Source: Leidyana gryllorum EB-2025a (taxonomy: Eukaryota; Protista; Apicomplexa). Taken from it: a stretch of 64,000 nucleotides of DNA. Under the pieces are notes generated by a model, which was not told where the DNA came from, ran no database searches, and saw only the letters and a program-made list of their open reading frames with translations. The position numbers and the translations under genes are program-made. The stretch lies in contig JBLWGC010000230.1 in the NCBI GenBank assembly GCA_048772705.1, positions 1,054,001 to 1,118,000 of the forward strand, in the 5' to 3' direction. The first letter of the stretch is position 1. The number at the start of each line of letters is the position of its first letter. Shown piece after piece: positions 1 through 11,780 of the stretch.

Positions 1-943
1 CGCGCCTATCTATGTCGTGGAGGCAAGATGCTTTCCCTAACCAATCAACACAAGTGAGTTGTTTGTTGTGAGATGGGAAACGTGATTGGTGATGGCAGTG
101 CCGGTGACGCTGTGGAGGCGAGTAAACTCAAAGATGCACATCCCAATGAGGAAGATTTGATCTATGTGTCCAAGGTGGGTGTGGGTGTGGTCAATTCAGG
201 GTGACCGTCGCTCTCACATTATCTTTTATATGCAGCCCAAGCCCAAGGAAGATAAAGATGCCGAGAAGAAAGACGGGAAAAAGGGTGAATCGACGACGAC
301 GACGACGGACGCTGAGTCTGGAAAGGACGCAGCCACCAAGACGATGGCACCGGACTTCTTCACTCAAATGCGGAATGTTTTAACCTGGCGTCGAGCTGCT
401 TCCGAGACGGAGAAGGAGCACACTGGCGGGGCGTGCTACACAAAGGGCAGATTGCAGTTGACGCGAGCCTTTGGAGACTTCTATCTGAAAGATGCAAAGT
501 TTGCCGTCGATTGGGATAGCGGTCGGCTGCTGGTGAATATCCCTCACAGCTTCCCTTACCTCTCTCGGCTTCCGGAAGTCTCGGTCATGTCTCGTGATCC
601 CCAACGGGACGAGTTTATATTGGTGGCGAGCGACGGCGTCTGGGACGAGTTGGATGCCGACGAAGTCGGACAGATTGTGCGAAATGAGATGCGCAAAGGC
701 ACTGACCTTTCGAAAATTGCCAAAGCGTAAGTGGAACCATCAATGTTGAAAAGAAATCGCCCTGAGCGCAGTGTCCAGGCAGAGGTTTTGAATCGCTCGT
801 CCAAACGGAATGGGGTGACTGTTGAAGCAATGCAGGCGTTGGCTCCCAAGCAACGTCGGGATATGTACGATGATATGACGATCGCCATAGTGAATCTCAA
901 GACAGAGTACGACGCCGCTGGAGATCCCGTCAAGTCGATTTAG
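1..943 (+). CDS. PP2C/PPM-family protein phosphatase (5' partial, multi-exon)
   Basis: Motifs GRLQLTRAFGDFYLK, DEFILVASDGVWD and RRDMYDDMTIAIV. GT-AG introns at ~55-98, 175-235 and 727-771 join the ORF pieces in frame. Confidence 0.9.
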
Positions 944-1128
944 ACTATCGAACAACAGATTCGTGATTTTCTTTCATTCACTCTCTCTCTCTCTCATCTA
1001 TTCGTCTCCTCCCCAACCGCCTTGGCGGTTCGCGTGTTTCCGATGAGAGATTGAGACTCCCAGATCCAACCCTAACATAGCCAGAGAAAAAGTGACAGAG
1101 AGCAAAGACTCCCCATTATATAGATAGA

Positions 1129-3616
1129 ATGCGGTTGGTGGTGGTGCTGACCGGGTTAGCAGCGTTGTTCTCAGCGTCGATAGTCGCGGGACAGCCTTCG
1201 AGAAGGGAATGGGTGGACGCAGTGCTTCACGAAGGTGCTGGGACTCATATACATGGCTTCCCCAGTTATGACGAAACACACTATATATTGGAATCGTTTG
1301 CTCAATGGAATCCTTTATTCACTCGAAGGATACTCACTGGTATTTCGGTCAAATGTCGACCACTCTGGGCTTATTGGCTCTCTGGCACGGGCCTCTGGCA
1401 TCCTCCGACGGAAGTGCGGAATTATCTTGATGCCCTCTCCAAGGATCTCATGGTCTCTATTCTGGAAGAAGAGGCCGAGCTCATCGACAGCTGCACTTCT
1501 CAGAATGCGACTGAACATTTCCTGACGGTTCTTGACAGACACCGCACTTCCAAAGCCAAGTCGCACTTGGCCGCGATAGACTGGCCGAATTATGGCAGAT
1601 CACTTTTTACCTCTCTTCACCACGCTCGAGAGCCCACCTCTCTCACAACTCCGTTCTACGCTTATCTGCGTACTCTGCAGGCGCTCAACACGCAGTTGAC
1701 GACCAACGGATCGCCCTCAAATCCCGCTCGTAGAGAGAATCGAATAGTCGCAGCTCTCATAGCTCAACGAGAAGTACTCTGGATTCCCTTCGTTAATCCC
1801 GATGGATACATCGACATAGCTGATGGCGCTGACTCCAATATACGTAAAAATCGACGGATAACCTGCGACAAGAAACGATTCACTCAGAGTCTGCCCCACA
1901 ACCCCAGCTTGCTTCAGAGATTTCTTCCACCTCAACGCACCCCAAACATTAACCTTCAAGATAACCAACTTCCTGACTATCATGAGGGGGTTGACATCAA
2001 TCGTAACTATGATGATCATTTCATCCAAGCTCACAATCCGTAAGGAAAACAACCACCAGCAATGTGTTCGGCCTTAACGTGATCACCCAATATAAGTCTC
2101 AGTGGGAACCCCCATACTGACCTAACAACTTGTACACTGGATCCTAACTCGCAAACGCTACAGAGGCAGAGCTCTCTCAAAGTCCAAATTGCGCTATGTG
2201 ATTTGTTTGTTGCACAGATGACCCGTTCCCTAACCTCGCGTGACCCATTACATGTCACACAGCCTTGCCGCCCTCACCAGTGCTCCCTGACTCTTCCTGA
2301 TTACCGCCCATTCCCGTCTCGTCACCGGTTGGCCTTCAATATGTTTCTCTGAACGTCAGGTGCGACCCGGAGGAATACGAAGGGCCTCACGCCTTCTCTG
2401 AGCCCGAAACACGCGCTGTTCGTCGCGTCGCTGAGACATTCAAGCCGCAGACAGCCCTCAATTTCCACTCATACGGCGATCTATGGACCCATCCGTACAA
2501 TTGCTGCCCCGACAAAAAGCTGAATCAGACAGAGTACGAAGTGTTTCGGGAGTTACACGATTCCCTCAACATCACACAGTTCGGCAGTGCACCGCAACTG
2601 CCGGTTCTGGGATACACCACAACAGGAGAAGGTGAGAAGAAGTCCTCTGTCGGTCACACTTTCAACTTTGACTCTCTGTGCAGCCGATGACTATCTGCTG
2701 TCAAAGGTTGGGATCATTTCGATGTCTCCCGAGGTTGGGCCCGAAGCGGGTGGCTTTTATCCGGAGGAATCGATGCGGAGGACGATACACCAAGAGAACT
2801 ACCCTCGGATCCTCTCTGTCATGTCGAAAGCGGGCCCGGAGCTCTCGGCTTTGTTGTCAGCAGATCATTGCAGCGAACAGCTTTTCAAAGCGACTGACCG
2901 CGTCGAAGGCGAGAACACCTGGATAATTACAATGTTCAACAGGTGAGACCGCCTCCAGGTGACAGCATTATGATACCATTATACTCTCAATATCAAAGTG
3001 GGCTGAGCAAAGTTCCGTCTGGCCGAATAATGCTCCAATTCGGAGGAGCCCAGGGCCCTCCAGCCGACGAGCTGACCGTCAAGTTGGGATACTACGCTGG
3101 CAACCAACTGGATTTAGAAGGTACTCGAACCCAGTCCCTAGACTTGCAGGGGTTCGGGATGTCTATACCGAATTCTAATAGACCCAAGACTATCCGTTAT
3201 CAGAACGGAACGGTGGCGGTGAGTACAACAATGTGTCTGACGGGTGAGACCCCCACAGGCCATGAATGAGCACAACAAAGGCTGGGTGGGGATCCAAGTA
3301 GATGGAGTCGACAGCCGACACCGACGCGAGCTAGCCTTGACATTCGCGAATGTGGAATTGCCCACTGTCCTTCATATCTGCTTCATACCCGACTTCACAA
3401 TACATCAGGATGAAGCAGTCGGACGTCGTGGAAGAGAGGGGATGCAAAACGGTGAGAAAGGACCAAAACACCAGTACAATTACATGCGTTGTGCCAACAG
3501 CCCTGTGTATATGTGGATTCTTGAGGCACGCCAGTGACTCCAATGCCTGTCCTTTTGACCGAACAGCTTTGCTGTTGGGTCCAGAACACTTTGAGGGCCA
3601 TCCCTGCCAGGCCTAG
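1129..3616 (+). CDS. Secreted M14 zinc carboxypeptidase (multi-exon; 3' end uncertain, 3537 or 3616)
   Basis: N-terminal signal peptide. Motifs HAREP, PFVNPDGY, RKNRR, GVDINRNY, and after the 2040-2359 intron AFSEPETRA, NFHSYG and SPEVGP. Confidence 0.88.
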
Positions 3617-3709
3617 TGAGATAGTTAGTAAGGCAGAGACAGCCGCACACTGTGAGGCAGTGATATAAAATTACCGTATAGCCAGCCATCCAGACCACCC
3701 ACCACTCTG

Positions 3710-6700
3710 ATGACCACAAACCAGAGACTTGCGAAAGTATTGGGTGTCCCCCAGACATACAGCTGGGGTACGCAAGGCTCTGCTTCTTTAGTAGCCGCCA
3801 CGCACCAAGCCTCCAACCCAACCTTCACACCTGATCCCCAGACCCCATATGCTGAGCTCTGGTTCGGAGCCCACCCATCCGCCCCCTCCCAAGTATTAGA
3901 TGGCGACACCACAACTAATCTGATAAATTGGCTCGGAGAGTCTAAATTACCTTACCTCTTCAAGGTCTTATCTATTGCTAAACCACTGAGTCTTCAACTA
4001 CATCCTGATGAGGAACAAGCTGCTAAACTTCATGCTGAGGATCCTGAACACTACAAGGACCCTCACAGCAAACCTGAGATGACTGTAGCCCTCTCTGACC
4101 CATTCGAGGCTTTCTGCGGATTTCGAAAGTATCGAGCGATCATGATGTTGGCGGAAAGTATTCCCGGATTCGCCAAAGTCATTCGACCCTCCAATGCTGA
4201 GTCGTTTGATCACCAAATGGACGAGACTGATTTTCTCAAGAGTATGATGAAGTGCCTGTATGAGGCTGCTGAAGACTCTATCAAGGCAGCCATTGATGAG
4301 GTATTGGCAATGGATGCTGAATCCGTACTGCCAGCCAAGAAAGATCACAAACTCTTTGGCCATGCATTCACCAAGTTTATGAACATATTGAAAGACGAAG
4401 ATCCCATTGAAACACTGCGCAGCACTCTGAGGTAATCAGACCAGCGCCTTCGATTTCACCTCCAGATATGCAGACTTTTCCGGCGCCTCCATGAATTCTT
4501 CCCCTATGATCGTGGCTGCTTCGCCGCCTTCTTCCTAACCTATGTCCGCTTGCGACCCGGCGAAGCAATTTTCTTGAGCCCGAACACTATTCATTCATAT
4601 ATTTCCGGAAACTGCCTGGAGGTCATGCAGACCAGTGACAACGTCATCAGGTGTGTCTCCGTGTGTCTCAGTGTTGCACACGAATTTGGATCGCAGAGCC
4701 GGTCTGACCGATAAATTCACAGATGTGTCTCGATTACTCGAATTGGTTTCCTACAAGGTATGTGATCTCATCTCGTGAACTGTTGCTGCACACTCAACGC
4801 TCACTCGCAGGCCATCAACCTGGCCTCGGCCATGGTGAAACCCGTAGATGTCTCCATGAAATTCGACGGAGGACATGCGGCGGTCTTGAAAGCTCTCGTA
4901 CCCCCCGCCACTGACGCCTTCAGGTTCTATCTCCTTCGACTCGGCACGGGAATGAGCGTCAAAGATCTAAAGATCCCCGCATGGTCGCCCATGATGCTTT
5001 TCGCCAGCCACGGAACTGGAGAGCTGAAACTGGGAGACTCGGACGACAACGTTGTCATCACGGCGGGACAATGCTGGATCAGCAATGACTGGACCCGTCT
5101 GTCCATCAAGAACACTGGCGAGAAGACTGAGGCCGAAGAATCTCGCGAAAAACGCCTGATCACACTCAATGCTGACACCCTCGGTGAAGATCAGGTGCGT
5201 AATGGCGCATTGGAGCTCGTCATTGTGATGCCTAACCTGGAGAGCGGCCGTCTCCGTCGCAGCAACAAGAGCCTCAAGAGTGGCACCTCATTGAGCGCCT
5301 CTCCAGCTCCTCCAGAAGTCGGTGGAGAGACGCCTGCAGTCAAAGACGCAGCCCCGACCAAGTTGTCCGTCGAGGCGTTCCCTCAAGTTGCTCCGCCCGA
5401 AGCAGACAACGAAGTGCCCGAGGCCGACTTGACAACAACCGATCCACCTGCCGCCGTCACCGCCGCTGCCGAGACTGACAAGTCTGAACCCGCTGCTGCT
5501 GCTGCCGCCGACACACAGGAGGAGGGAGAGAAAGAGAAGAAGAAGAAACACGGCAAACTCAGCTCCGCTCTTCGCAGTTTGGCCTCAGCTCGCCGCGAGA
5601 GGAAAGCGAGCAAGAACGCGGCACCGGCTGAGCAGTCCGGAGACACTGTGAACCCCACGGTGTCTGAAACCTCAGTGGCGTCTGCTGTTGCTGTTGCTGC
5701 TGCTGCGGAGACACCCGCCGCAAAGAGCGCAACTGTAACTGCCGCTGCTACTGTGGAGCCCACCAAGACGGAAAGTGCAGCTGAGGAGGTACCGGTTACC
5801 AGCCCTCCCGCTGTACCGCAACAAGAAGCCGAGCCAAAGACCATCGCGGCCGAAACAACAGCGGGTGCAGAAGCTGTGGAGGAGGAAAGTAAATCCGAAC
5901 AACCGCCAGTGAGTGTCACCCCGGCTGTGGTGGAGGCGATGAAGGAAGAAGCGCCAGTGGAGGAGACTGTCGCAGCAAAGGAAGCAGCCGCTGAGAAGCC
6001 TTCGACTGCCCCCCCAAAGGAAGCAGCCGCTGAGAAGCCTTCGACTGAAAGTACGCAAGGCAAAGAAGCAAAGATCACAACCGACTTGAAAGCCGACCCT
6101 AAAGCGGACTCGAAAGCCGTTACTGAGGAGCCAGCGAAAGAGGTAAAACCGGCGAGCGCTCCCGTGAATGAAGCAACCGCCAGTAAGCCTGCAGAGCCGT
6201 CAGCCACTCCTGCTGCGGAATCTGCCAAATCGCCGTCCAAAGGCGTTACAAAGACTAATGAAAGCCCCAAGCCAAGCGTGCGACCGTCTAACATAAAGAA
6301 GAGCAATGAAGGAACTGAGAAGTCGACTACTCCTTCTCCTGCGCCAACTTCGGTTCCAGTGAGCAAGGGTAGTGTGAGGGACAGGATCGCTCAGGCAAAT
6401 GCATCTGCTTCCTCGGCAGCGGGAAAAGAGGACCAGCCGAAGCCAGTTGGAAAAGTAGCCGCAGGCGCGGCGAGTGGACAGCGTGATGCGAAAAGTGGGG
6501 GAAAGCAACAACCTAAGGCTGATGAATCTGCAGAGCCGGAGACGTCGGCACGAGTAACGAAATCGCCCCCAAAGGCGAGCAAGACAATGACTCCCAAGTC
6601 TGTGAGCGCACGTCCTTCACCATTACTCAAACGAACAGCCTCGGGGGGCGTCAAGACTGATGTTTCCACTAGTGCGCCGACAGCCCCAGGAAGTCCCACC

Positions 6701-6724
6701 ACTGCGCCAGGACAAGCCGCTTGA
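3710..6724 (+). CDS. MPI: Mannose-6-phosphate isomerase (type I PMI) with a long low-complexity C-terminal extension
   Basis: Motifs YSWG, PYAELWFGAHP, LFKVLSIAKPLSLQLHP, KPEM and the spliced exon HSYISGNCLEVMQTSDNVIRAGLT. Introns ~4432-4465, 4651-4696 and 4759-4810 link the catalytic core into ORF 4775-6724. Confidence 0.88.
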
Positions 6725-6732
6725 GTCCAAAC

Positions 6733-8108
6733 TCATTTGTTGGCCCTTCTGGAGGAGGAAGAGGGGGGTTTCCGTCCAGTCTTTGACTCGTAATCGTCGA
6801 TGATGTCGTCCTCGATTTCACCGAGCAAGTGTTCGAGTTCTTCTTCAAAAGATAGGAATTCATCAGTACCTTTCCTATTGTTGTTTCCGCCTTTAAAGGG
6901 GGGAAGTTCCTCTAGGGGATCTGAATAGGAGGCTTGCGCGAAGGTATGCATAGCGTTAATAACACCGACAATGAGTTTAATGGGAATACCCTCCTCATCG
7001 GCTGCATAATAGAAGTGTCGAATTGCGGTAGAAACGGTTCTGGCAGCGAGGCCTCGAGCCTGGTCTTCATCTCGGGCGCTAAGACCGCTCCGCAATCGTT
7101 TGCGCAGAGCTGACAAAACTCTAAGCTCAGGCAGAGCCGCTTTTAGGCTAGTGATGAGCCGATCAATGAACTTGCGTTCAATGGCCGCGTCGCCATTCCT
7201 AAACTTAATGATTTGAAAGACCAGCATACCTGCGAAGGTACGATCGTGACTGTTCTGCACAAGGTACTCTATGATGTCATGGAAATCTACGAATTTCCCA
7301 TTCCTCAGAGCTGGAGAATTGTTGCTGTTGTTGTTGTTGTTCGGTTGGTTAGGGGAATCGCCATCGTCCGAGGAGGGCGATTGTTGCTTCTTCTTCTTGT
7401 TGGTGGGCGTGGTAGTGGTCGTTGTCGTTGTAGAAGCGGAGTCCCGTTTCTTTTTCTTATGTGCCTTAGAAGACGTTGTGCTGCTCGTTGTTGTGGTGGT
7501 GGTAGATCCATCTTTGTCCTTTTTCTTCTTCGACTTCTTAGTCGACGAGGCACCAGTTGAAGCGGTAGTCGTTGAAGTCGAACCCCCCTCGTTGCCTACA
7601 TAGGCGGTCAAGATTGTGTGTCTCGATATTTATGCGTGTGTGCGCTGTGTGTTCGATGGATTTAGTGTGACTAACCTTCCTTGTCTTGTTCGGAATGCTC
7701 TTCACTGACATCAGGAGCGGCCTTTTTGCCCTTCTTGGGGCCTTTCAGCTTGGCTCCTCCCTTGTGTGAGTCTTTGGACTTGCCGGGCATATCCTCGGAT
7801 TCAGGGGAGACTTCGACATCGTGTCCCTCTGCACCGGCTGTCAGTTCGCTATCCTCTGCTTCCGTAGTGGTTGATTCTTCTTCCTCGTCCAAGTCGCTGG
7901 TGGTGTGATTATCCTCCGAGTCTTCTTCATCGGCTTCTGAGTCATCCCCTACCTTTGTGGGATGATCAATAACCTGCTGCAGTAGACGGAGGGGTTGAGG
8001 TGGTGCTAAAGGGAGGAACGATGAGGCCGGGGCAGGTAGATAATTTGCCTGGCCGGATATGAGTGCAGCTGCGTATAAGGCGACAAAAAGGAAGGCTGCT
8101 ACATCCAT
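6733..8108 (-). CDS. Secreted acidic/Thr-Lys-rich protein with a C-terminal helical domain (cluster member F)
   Basis: Signal peptide MDVAAFLFVALYAAALISG. Intron 7596-7675 joins ORFs 7671-8132 and 6733-7611 in frame. Poly-Thr and poly-Lys tracts are present. Confidence 0.75.
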
Positions 8109-8197
8109 TGTGCCGTGGGAAATATGGGACACACGGGGATCTCACTTGTGAATGTTAGTTTTTGTTTGAGAGGTGAAATTCATCCTCATCGACAGGA

Positions 8198-10018
8198 ATG
8201 GTTGAGAGCAGCGGAAACGTAACTTCTAAGGTTGGAGGGCTTCCCGACCGGGTTTATCGCGTTCACCATGGCTTGGCCCTATTGCAAGACCCGTATTTGA
8301 ACAAGGGGACTGCGTTCACGATGAAAGAACGTGATGTCCTCCACCTGCACGGTTTCCTGCCACCTCATGTGGGAACACTGGAGGAGCAGGGGGCTCGTCG
8401 TATGGAGCGTTTGCGACGGATCGAGACCCCAATCCAAAAGTATGTGTTCCTACGGGAACTTCAAGAGCTCAATGAAACGTTATTCTACTACCTTTGCTGC
8501 AAGCACATGGAAGAGATTCTGCCGCTAATTTACACTCCGACGGTGGGGCAAGGGTGTCTGGAGTATTCTCACATTTTCTGGCGTCCCCGTGGTCTGTTTC
8601 TGGGTTGGCCCCATCGGGATCGGCTCGATGACATCCTGGCTCACCACTGTTTTGACGACATTCAAGTGATAGTGGTCACGGATGGAGAGCGGATTTTGGG
8701 GCTCGGCGACCAGGGAGCCGGAGGAATGGGTATACCGATAGGTAAATTGGCCCTGTACACCGGATGTGCGGGCATACATCCTCGCAAGACTTTGCCAATT
8801 TTGCTGGATGTCGGCACCGACAACCAGAAGGCACTGACTGACCCTTTGTACATTGGTTGGTGTCATCAAAGGCTGAGAGGGCAGGCGTACCACGAATTTG
8901 TTGACCTCTTTGTCAACGCGGTGAAGCGCCGCTGGGGTAATAAGTCTTTGTTGCAATGGGAAGATTTTGCCCGTGACAATGCTATCTACTTGTTGAATCG
9001 CTATAAAGACGAGATTTGTTCATTCAATGATGATATTCAAGGCACTGCTGCCGTTGTCGTTTCGACTATCCTCGCTGCCGTCCAAGCGATCAAACTCCCT
9101 CTCCGCGATGCTCGCATCGTCATTCGAGGTGCCGGCAGTGCAGCAACCGGCATTGTCGACCTCATTGGCCACTTACTCGTGGATGACCAGTTTGGGGACC
9201 AAAATCTTGACGCTGAGGAAGAAGAGAAACGCGCTATCGTTCTCGGAAGGTCGGCCTGCTGGATGGTCAACAGAAATGGCCTCCTGCTGGCTGATGACCC
9301 CAGTCTTGAAAAATTACACAAGAACTATGCCCACCCCAACGCTGAGATTGAGGGATGGAAGTGCAAAGATCTCCAGCATCCAACGCTTCTAGAAGTTATC
9401 GAAAATGTCAAACCACACATTCTGATCGGCGTCACCGGCCGCGCTGGAGTCTTTGATGAATCCGTCGTCCGTTGTATGGCGGAACATGTGGACCGCCCTA
9501 TCATCATGCCCCTTTCAAACCCCACCTCCTGCTGTGAGGCGGAACCCCAAAACATTATCAACTGGACGGAGGGAAAGGCTCTGGTTGCCACCGGGAGCCC
9601 TTTCGCCCCCGTCACTCTACCGGACGGAACCACCCGTGTGGTTGACCAGACCAACAACGTTTATGTGTTCCCAGGCCTTGGCCTGGGTGTTCTGTCGGTC
9701 TGTGCTCAACGGGTCACTCACCATCTGTTCGTTGCTGCGGCCAAGACTGTCGCCTCCGAGTCCCCCATCGCAAAAGATCCGTCGGCTTTCAAGTTGCTGC
9801 CGCCCATCGATACCCTGAGATCTGTGTCTCGCAAAGTGGCTATCGCTGTCGGCAATAAAGCTGTCGAAAAGGGCTTGTGCGAGAAACTCACTCCCGCCCA
9901 AGTCACACGGATGGTAGAAGATAACATTTGGGAGCCTGCCTACCACGATTACCTCAGTGAGTTCCCGGACCTGTCGCCCTCACCCTTCACCATGATCGAT
10001 GGACCGTATGACCAATGA
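8198..10018 (+). CDS. Malic enzyme (malate dehydrogenase, decarboxylating), SfcA/MaeA-type, intronless
   Basis: Motifs NKGTAFT, IYTPTVG, VTDGERILGLGDQG, GIPIGKL, QWEDFA, FNDDIQGT, GAGSA, PLSNPT, ATGSPF and NNVYVFPG. Confidence 0.96.
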   Translation: MVESSGNVTSKVGGLPDRVYRVHHGLALLQDPYLNKGTAFTMKERDVLHLHGFLPPHVGTLEEQGARRMERLRRIETPIQKYVFLRELQELNETLFYYLCCKHMEEILPLIYTPTVGQGCLEYSHIFWRPRGLFLGWPHRDRLDDILAHHCFDDIQVIVVTDGERILGLGDQGAGGMGIPIGKLALYTGCAGIHPRKTLPILLDVGTDNQKALTDPLYIGWCHQRLRGQAYHEFVDLFVNAVKRRWGNKSLLQWEDFARDNAIYLLNRYKDEICSFNDDIQGTAAVVVSTILAAVQAIKLPLRDARIVIRGAGSAATGIVDLIGHLLVDDQFGDQNLDAEEEEKRAIVLGRSACWMVNRNGLLLADDPSLEKLHKNYAHPNAEIEGWKCKDLQHPTLLEVIENVKPHILIGVTGRAGVFDESVVRCMAEHVDRPIIMPLSNPTSCCEAEPQNIINWTEGKALVATGSPFAPVTLPDGTTRVVDQTNNVYVFPGLGLGVLSVCAQRVTHHLFVAAAKTVASESPIAKDPSAFKLLPPIDTLRSVSRKVAIAVGNKAVEKGLCEKLTPAQVTRMVEDNIWEPAYHDYLSEFPDLSPSPFTMIDGPYDQ

Positions 10019-10522
10019 AATCATTACTAATTCCACTATCGCTCGGAAAGGACATTGCGCAAGTGTCAACTGCCAAACCAATGATCTGAAATTGTTAGCG
10101 GTCACTGACTCAGTGTGTGTATGTGTGCGCGCATTGATCAACCGCAGTTTAATACCAATACTTCCAATTGACACTGACCTCCCAGTGTGTGCGGGCGCAG
10201 CTCGGTCAGCACAGTCTGTCTGTGCACCAGTTGTGGGCATTCATCTCGGCAGCGCAAAGTGCATACAACTCTGTGTGGTTGTGTGTGTACTTGATATATT
10301 GTCGATGTGTGTGTTGTGCTGTTCGGTGGCGATATGTATGACGGTCCTTTTGGGGCGATCACGCTGCGTGTATGCACTTGTATTGCACTACTGGGGCTTG
10401 ATGTCTCTCCTGCGTTATGTGTCCGTCTCCTCCGATGTTCTCAAACTGGCGGCTGTCCGGATCTATTTCGATATTCCTTCGGCAGGCGACAATCACTATT
10501 TTATCAAGTCGCACAAGCAGCA

Positions 10523-11737
10523 TTATGAACAGGGCGGTTTCGTTGAACAGCACCGTTCACCTCTTGGGCGAACGGCGTCAAACGTATCTTCACGCTCGAG
10601 TTCACTGTCGTCTGTTCGGGATGAACCGTCTCTCTTAGCACCATCTGCCCCGCTGGAGGCCGATTCATCTGCAGGTGTGGTGGCTTGATTCCGGTGGCAT
10701 CCTGGAACCAGCTCGAATTCATTGCAGTAACGAGTTCTGAGGATGGTGGCGATACGCCTGGAGATCTGACGAATTTGATGTTTTTGTTCTTCCGATCCCT
10801 CGCTGTAGAACGGGTACAGTACTTTTTCCGTGGCCATCTGCATATCCATGAAGATCTCTTGGCTAATGGAGCTGAAGGAGCCATACGAATAGAACAAAAC
10901 ATGATAGCTCATAACCACAGCGTTGTGATAGTACACTTCCAGCCCCACCAGAGCATCCGCCAGGGTGGCGATATGATCTGCCTTCCAATTGTCCAGAGCT
11001 GATCCAATCTGACTGACGGCGGCCGCGATCTCCCCACGCACCCCTTGGAATGTGAGATAGTCATACAGCAAACTTTGCTTTTTGGACTTGAAGCTGTATG
11101 TGCGTCTAGTTCTCACATGCCGTTCTGACTTGCGCCACCGTCTGAATTCTGTCTCGTTGAACGACCGACTGGCGGAAGTTGCCCGTGCTGATGGCTGCTG
11201 ATCCTTGTTCGCACCGTTGTTGTTGTCTCCACCGCCGACATTCTCTTTCTTCTTTGGTGGATATCTCCTCCGCGGTACGGACTCGGACTCCGCCTCCATA
11301 CCGACAGTGGTCGGTTTGGGCGTAGTGGTGGTGGTGGTCGGAGTCGTCGTTGTTGTGGGCGTGGTGGTTGTGGTTGTTGTTGTCGTCGTCGTTGTTTTGG
11401 TGGTTGTGGTTGTTGTGGTGGTTGTGGTGGTGGTCGGCTTTGGAGTACCGCGAGAAGAACTTCGTTGTGAAACCTTCCGCGGGTCATTGGCATCGTCTGC
11501 TTCAGAGTCACCGATGTGGAATGAGGCTTCAAGACCGTAGTCACCACCGAGAAGGCTTCCAACGCCACGACCGACATTTCCAGCAGCGTGGCCAAGATCT
11601 TTGGTGGCGTTTTTCAGATCACCGTGGGCAACGTGATGGGCCAAATCATTGATATTGGAGCCAGCGTTGCCTAAGCGATCGAATAGACCAGCTTGGGTAT
11701 GGTGAAGGCACAGGAGGGACAGAAGCAGCAGTAACAT
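10523..11737 (-). CDS. Secreted mucin-like protein with a poly-Thr stalk and helical domain (cluster member E)
   Basis: Signal peptide MLLLLLSLLCLHHTQA, a ~40-residue Thr tract, then a globular segment YDYLTFQGVRGEIAAAVSQI... Confidence 0.8.
   Translation of the reverse strand: MLLLLLSLLCLHHTQAGLFDRLGNAGSNINDLAHHVAHGDLKNATKDLGHAAGNVGRGVGSLLGGDYGLEASFHIGDSEADDANDPRKVSQRSSSRGTPKPTTTTTTTTTTTTKTTTTTTTTTTTTPTTTTTPTTTTTTPKPTTVGMEAESESVPRRRYPPKKKENVGGGDNNNGANKDQQPSARATSASRSFNETEFRRWRKSERHVRTRRTYSFKSKKQSLLYDYLTFQGVRGEIAAAVSQIGSALDNWKADHIATLADALVGLEVYYHNAVVMSYHVLFYSYGSFSSISQEIFMDMQMATEKVLYPFYSEGSEEQKHQIRQISRRIATILRTRYCNEFELVPGCHRNQATTPADESASSGADGAKRDGSSRTDDSELEREDTFDAVRPRGERCCSTKPPCS
11320..11432 (-). 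repeat. ACN trinucleotide tract encoding poly-Thr (O-glycosylation stalk)
   Basis: (GGT/TGT/CGT)n on the + strand, which translates to TTTT... on the - strand. Confidence 0.85.
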
Positions 11738-11780
11738 TATTGGTTTTTCTACGGGCGTTTGTGGTCAGCCGATCGATCTC

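Noticed and set aside
5383-6366. 327-aa minus-strand ORF
   Set aside because: It is an antisense shadow of the Ala/Glu/Lys-rich PMI tail.
8198-10018. Bacterial contamination or chimeric assembly at the malic enzyme
   Set aside because: The gene is tightly flanked by eukaryotic genes (one with an intron), its base composition is similar, and there is no operon context. A read-level check is still advisable.
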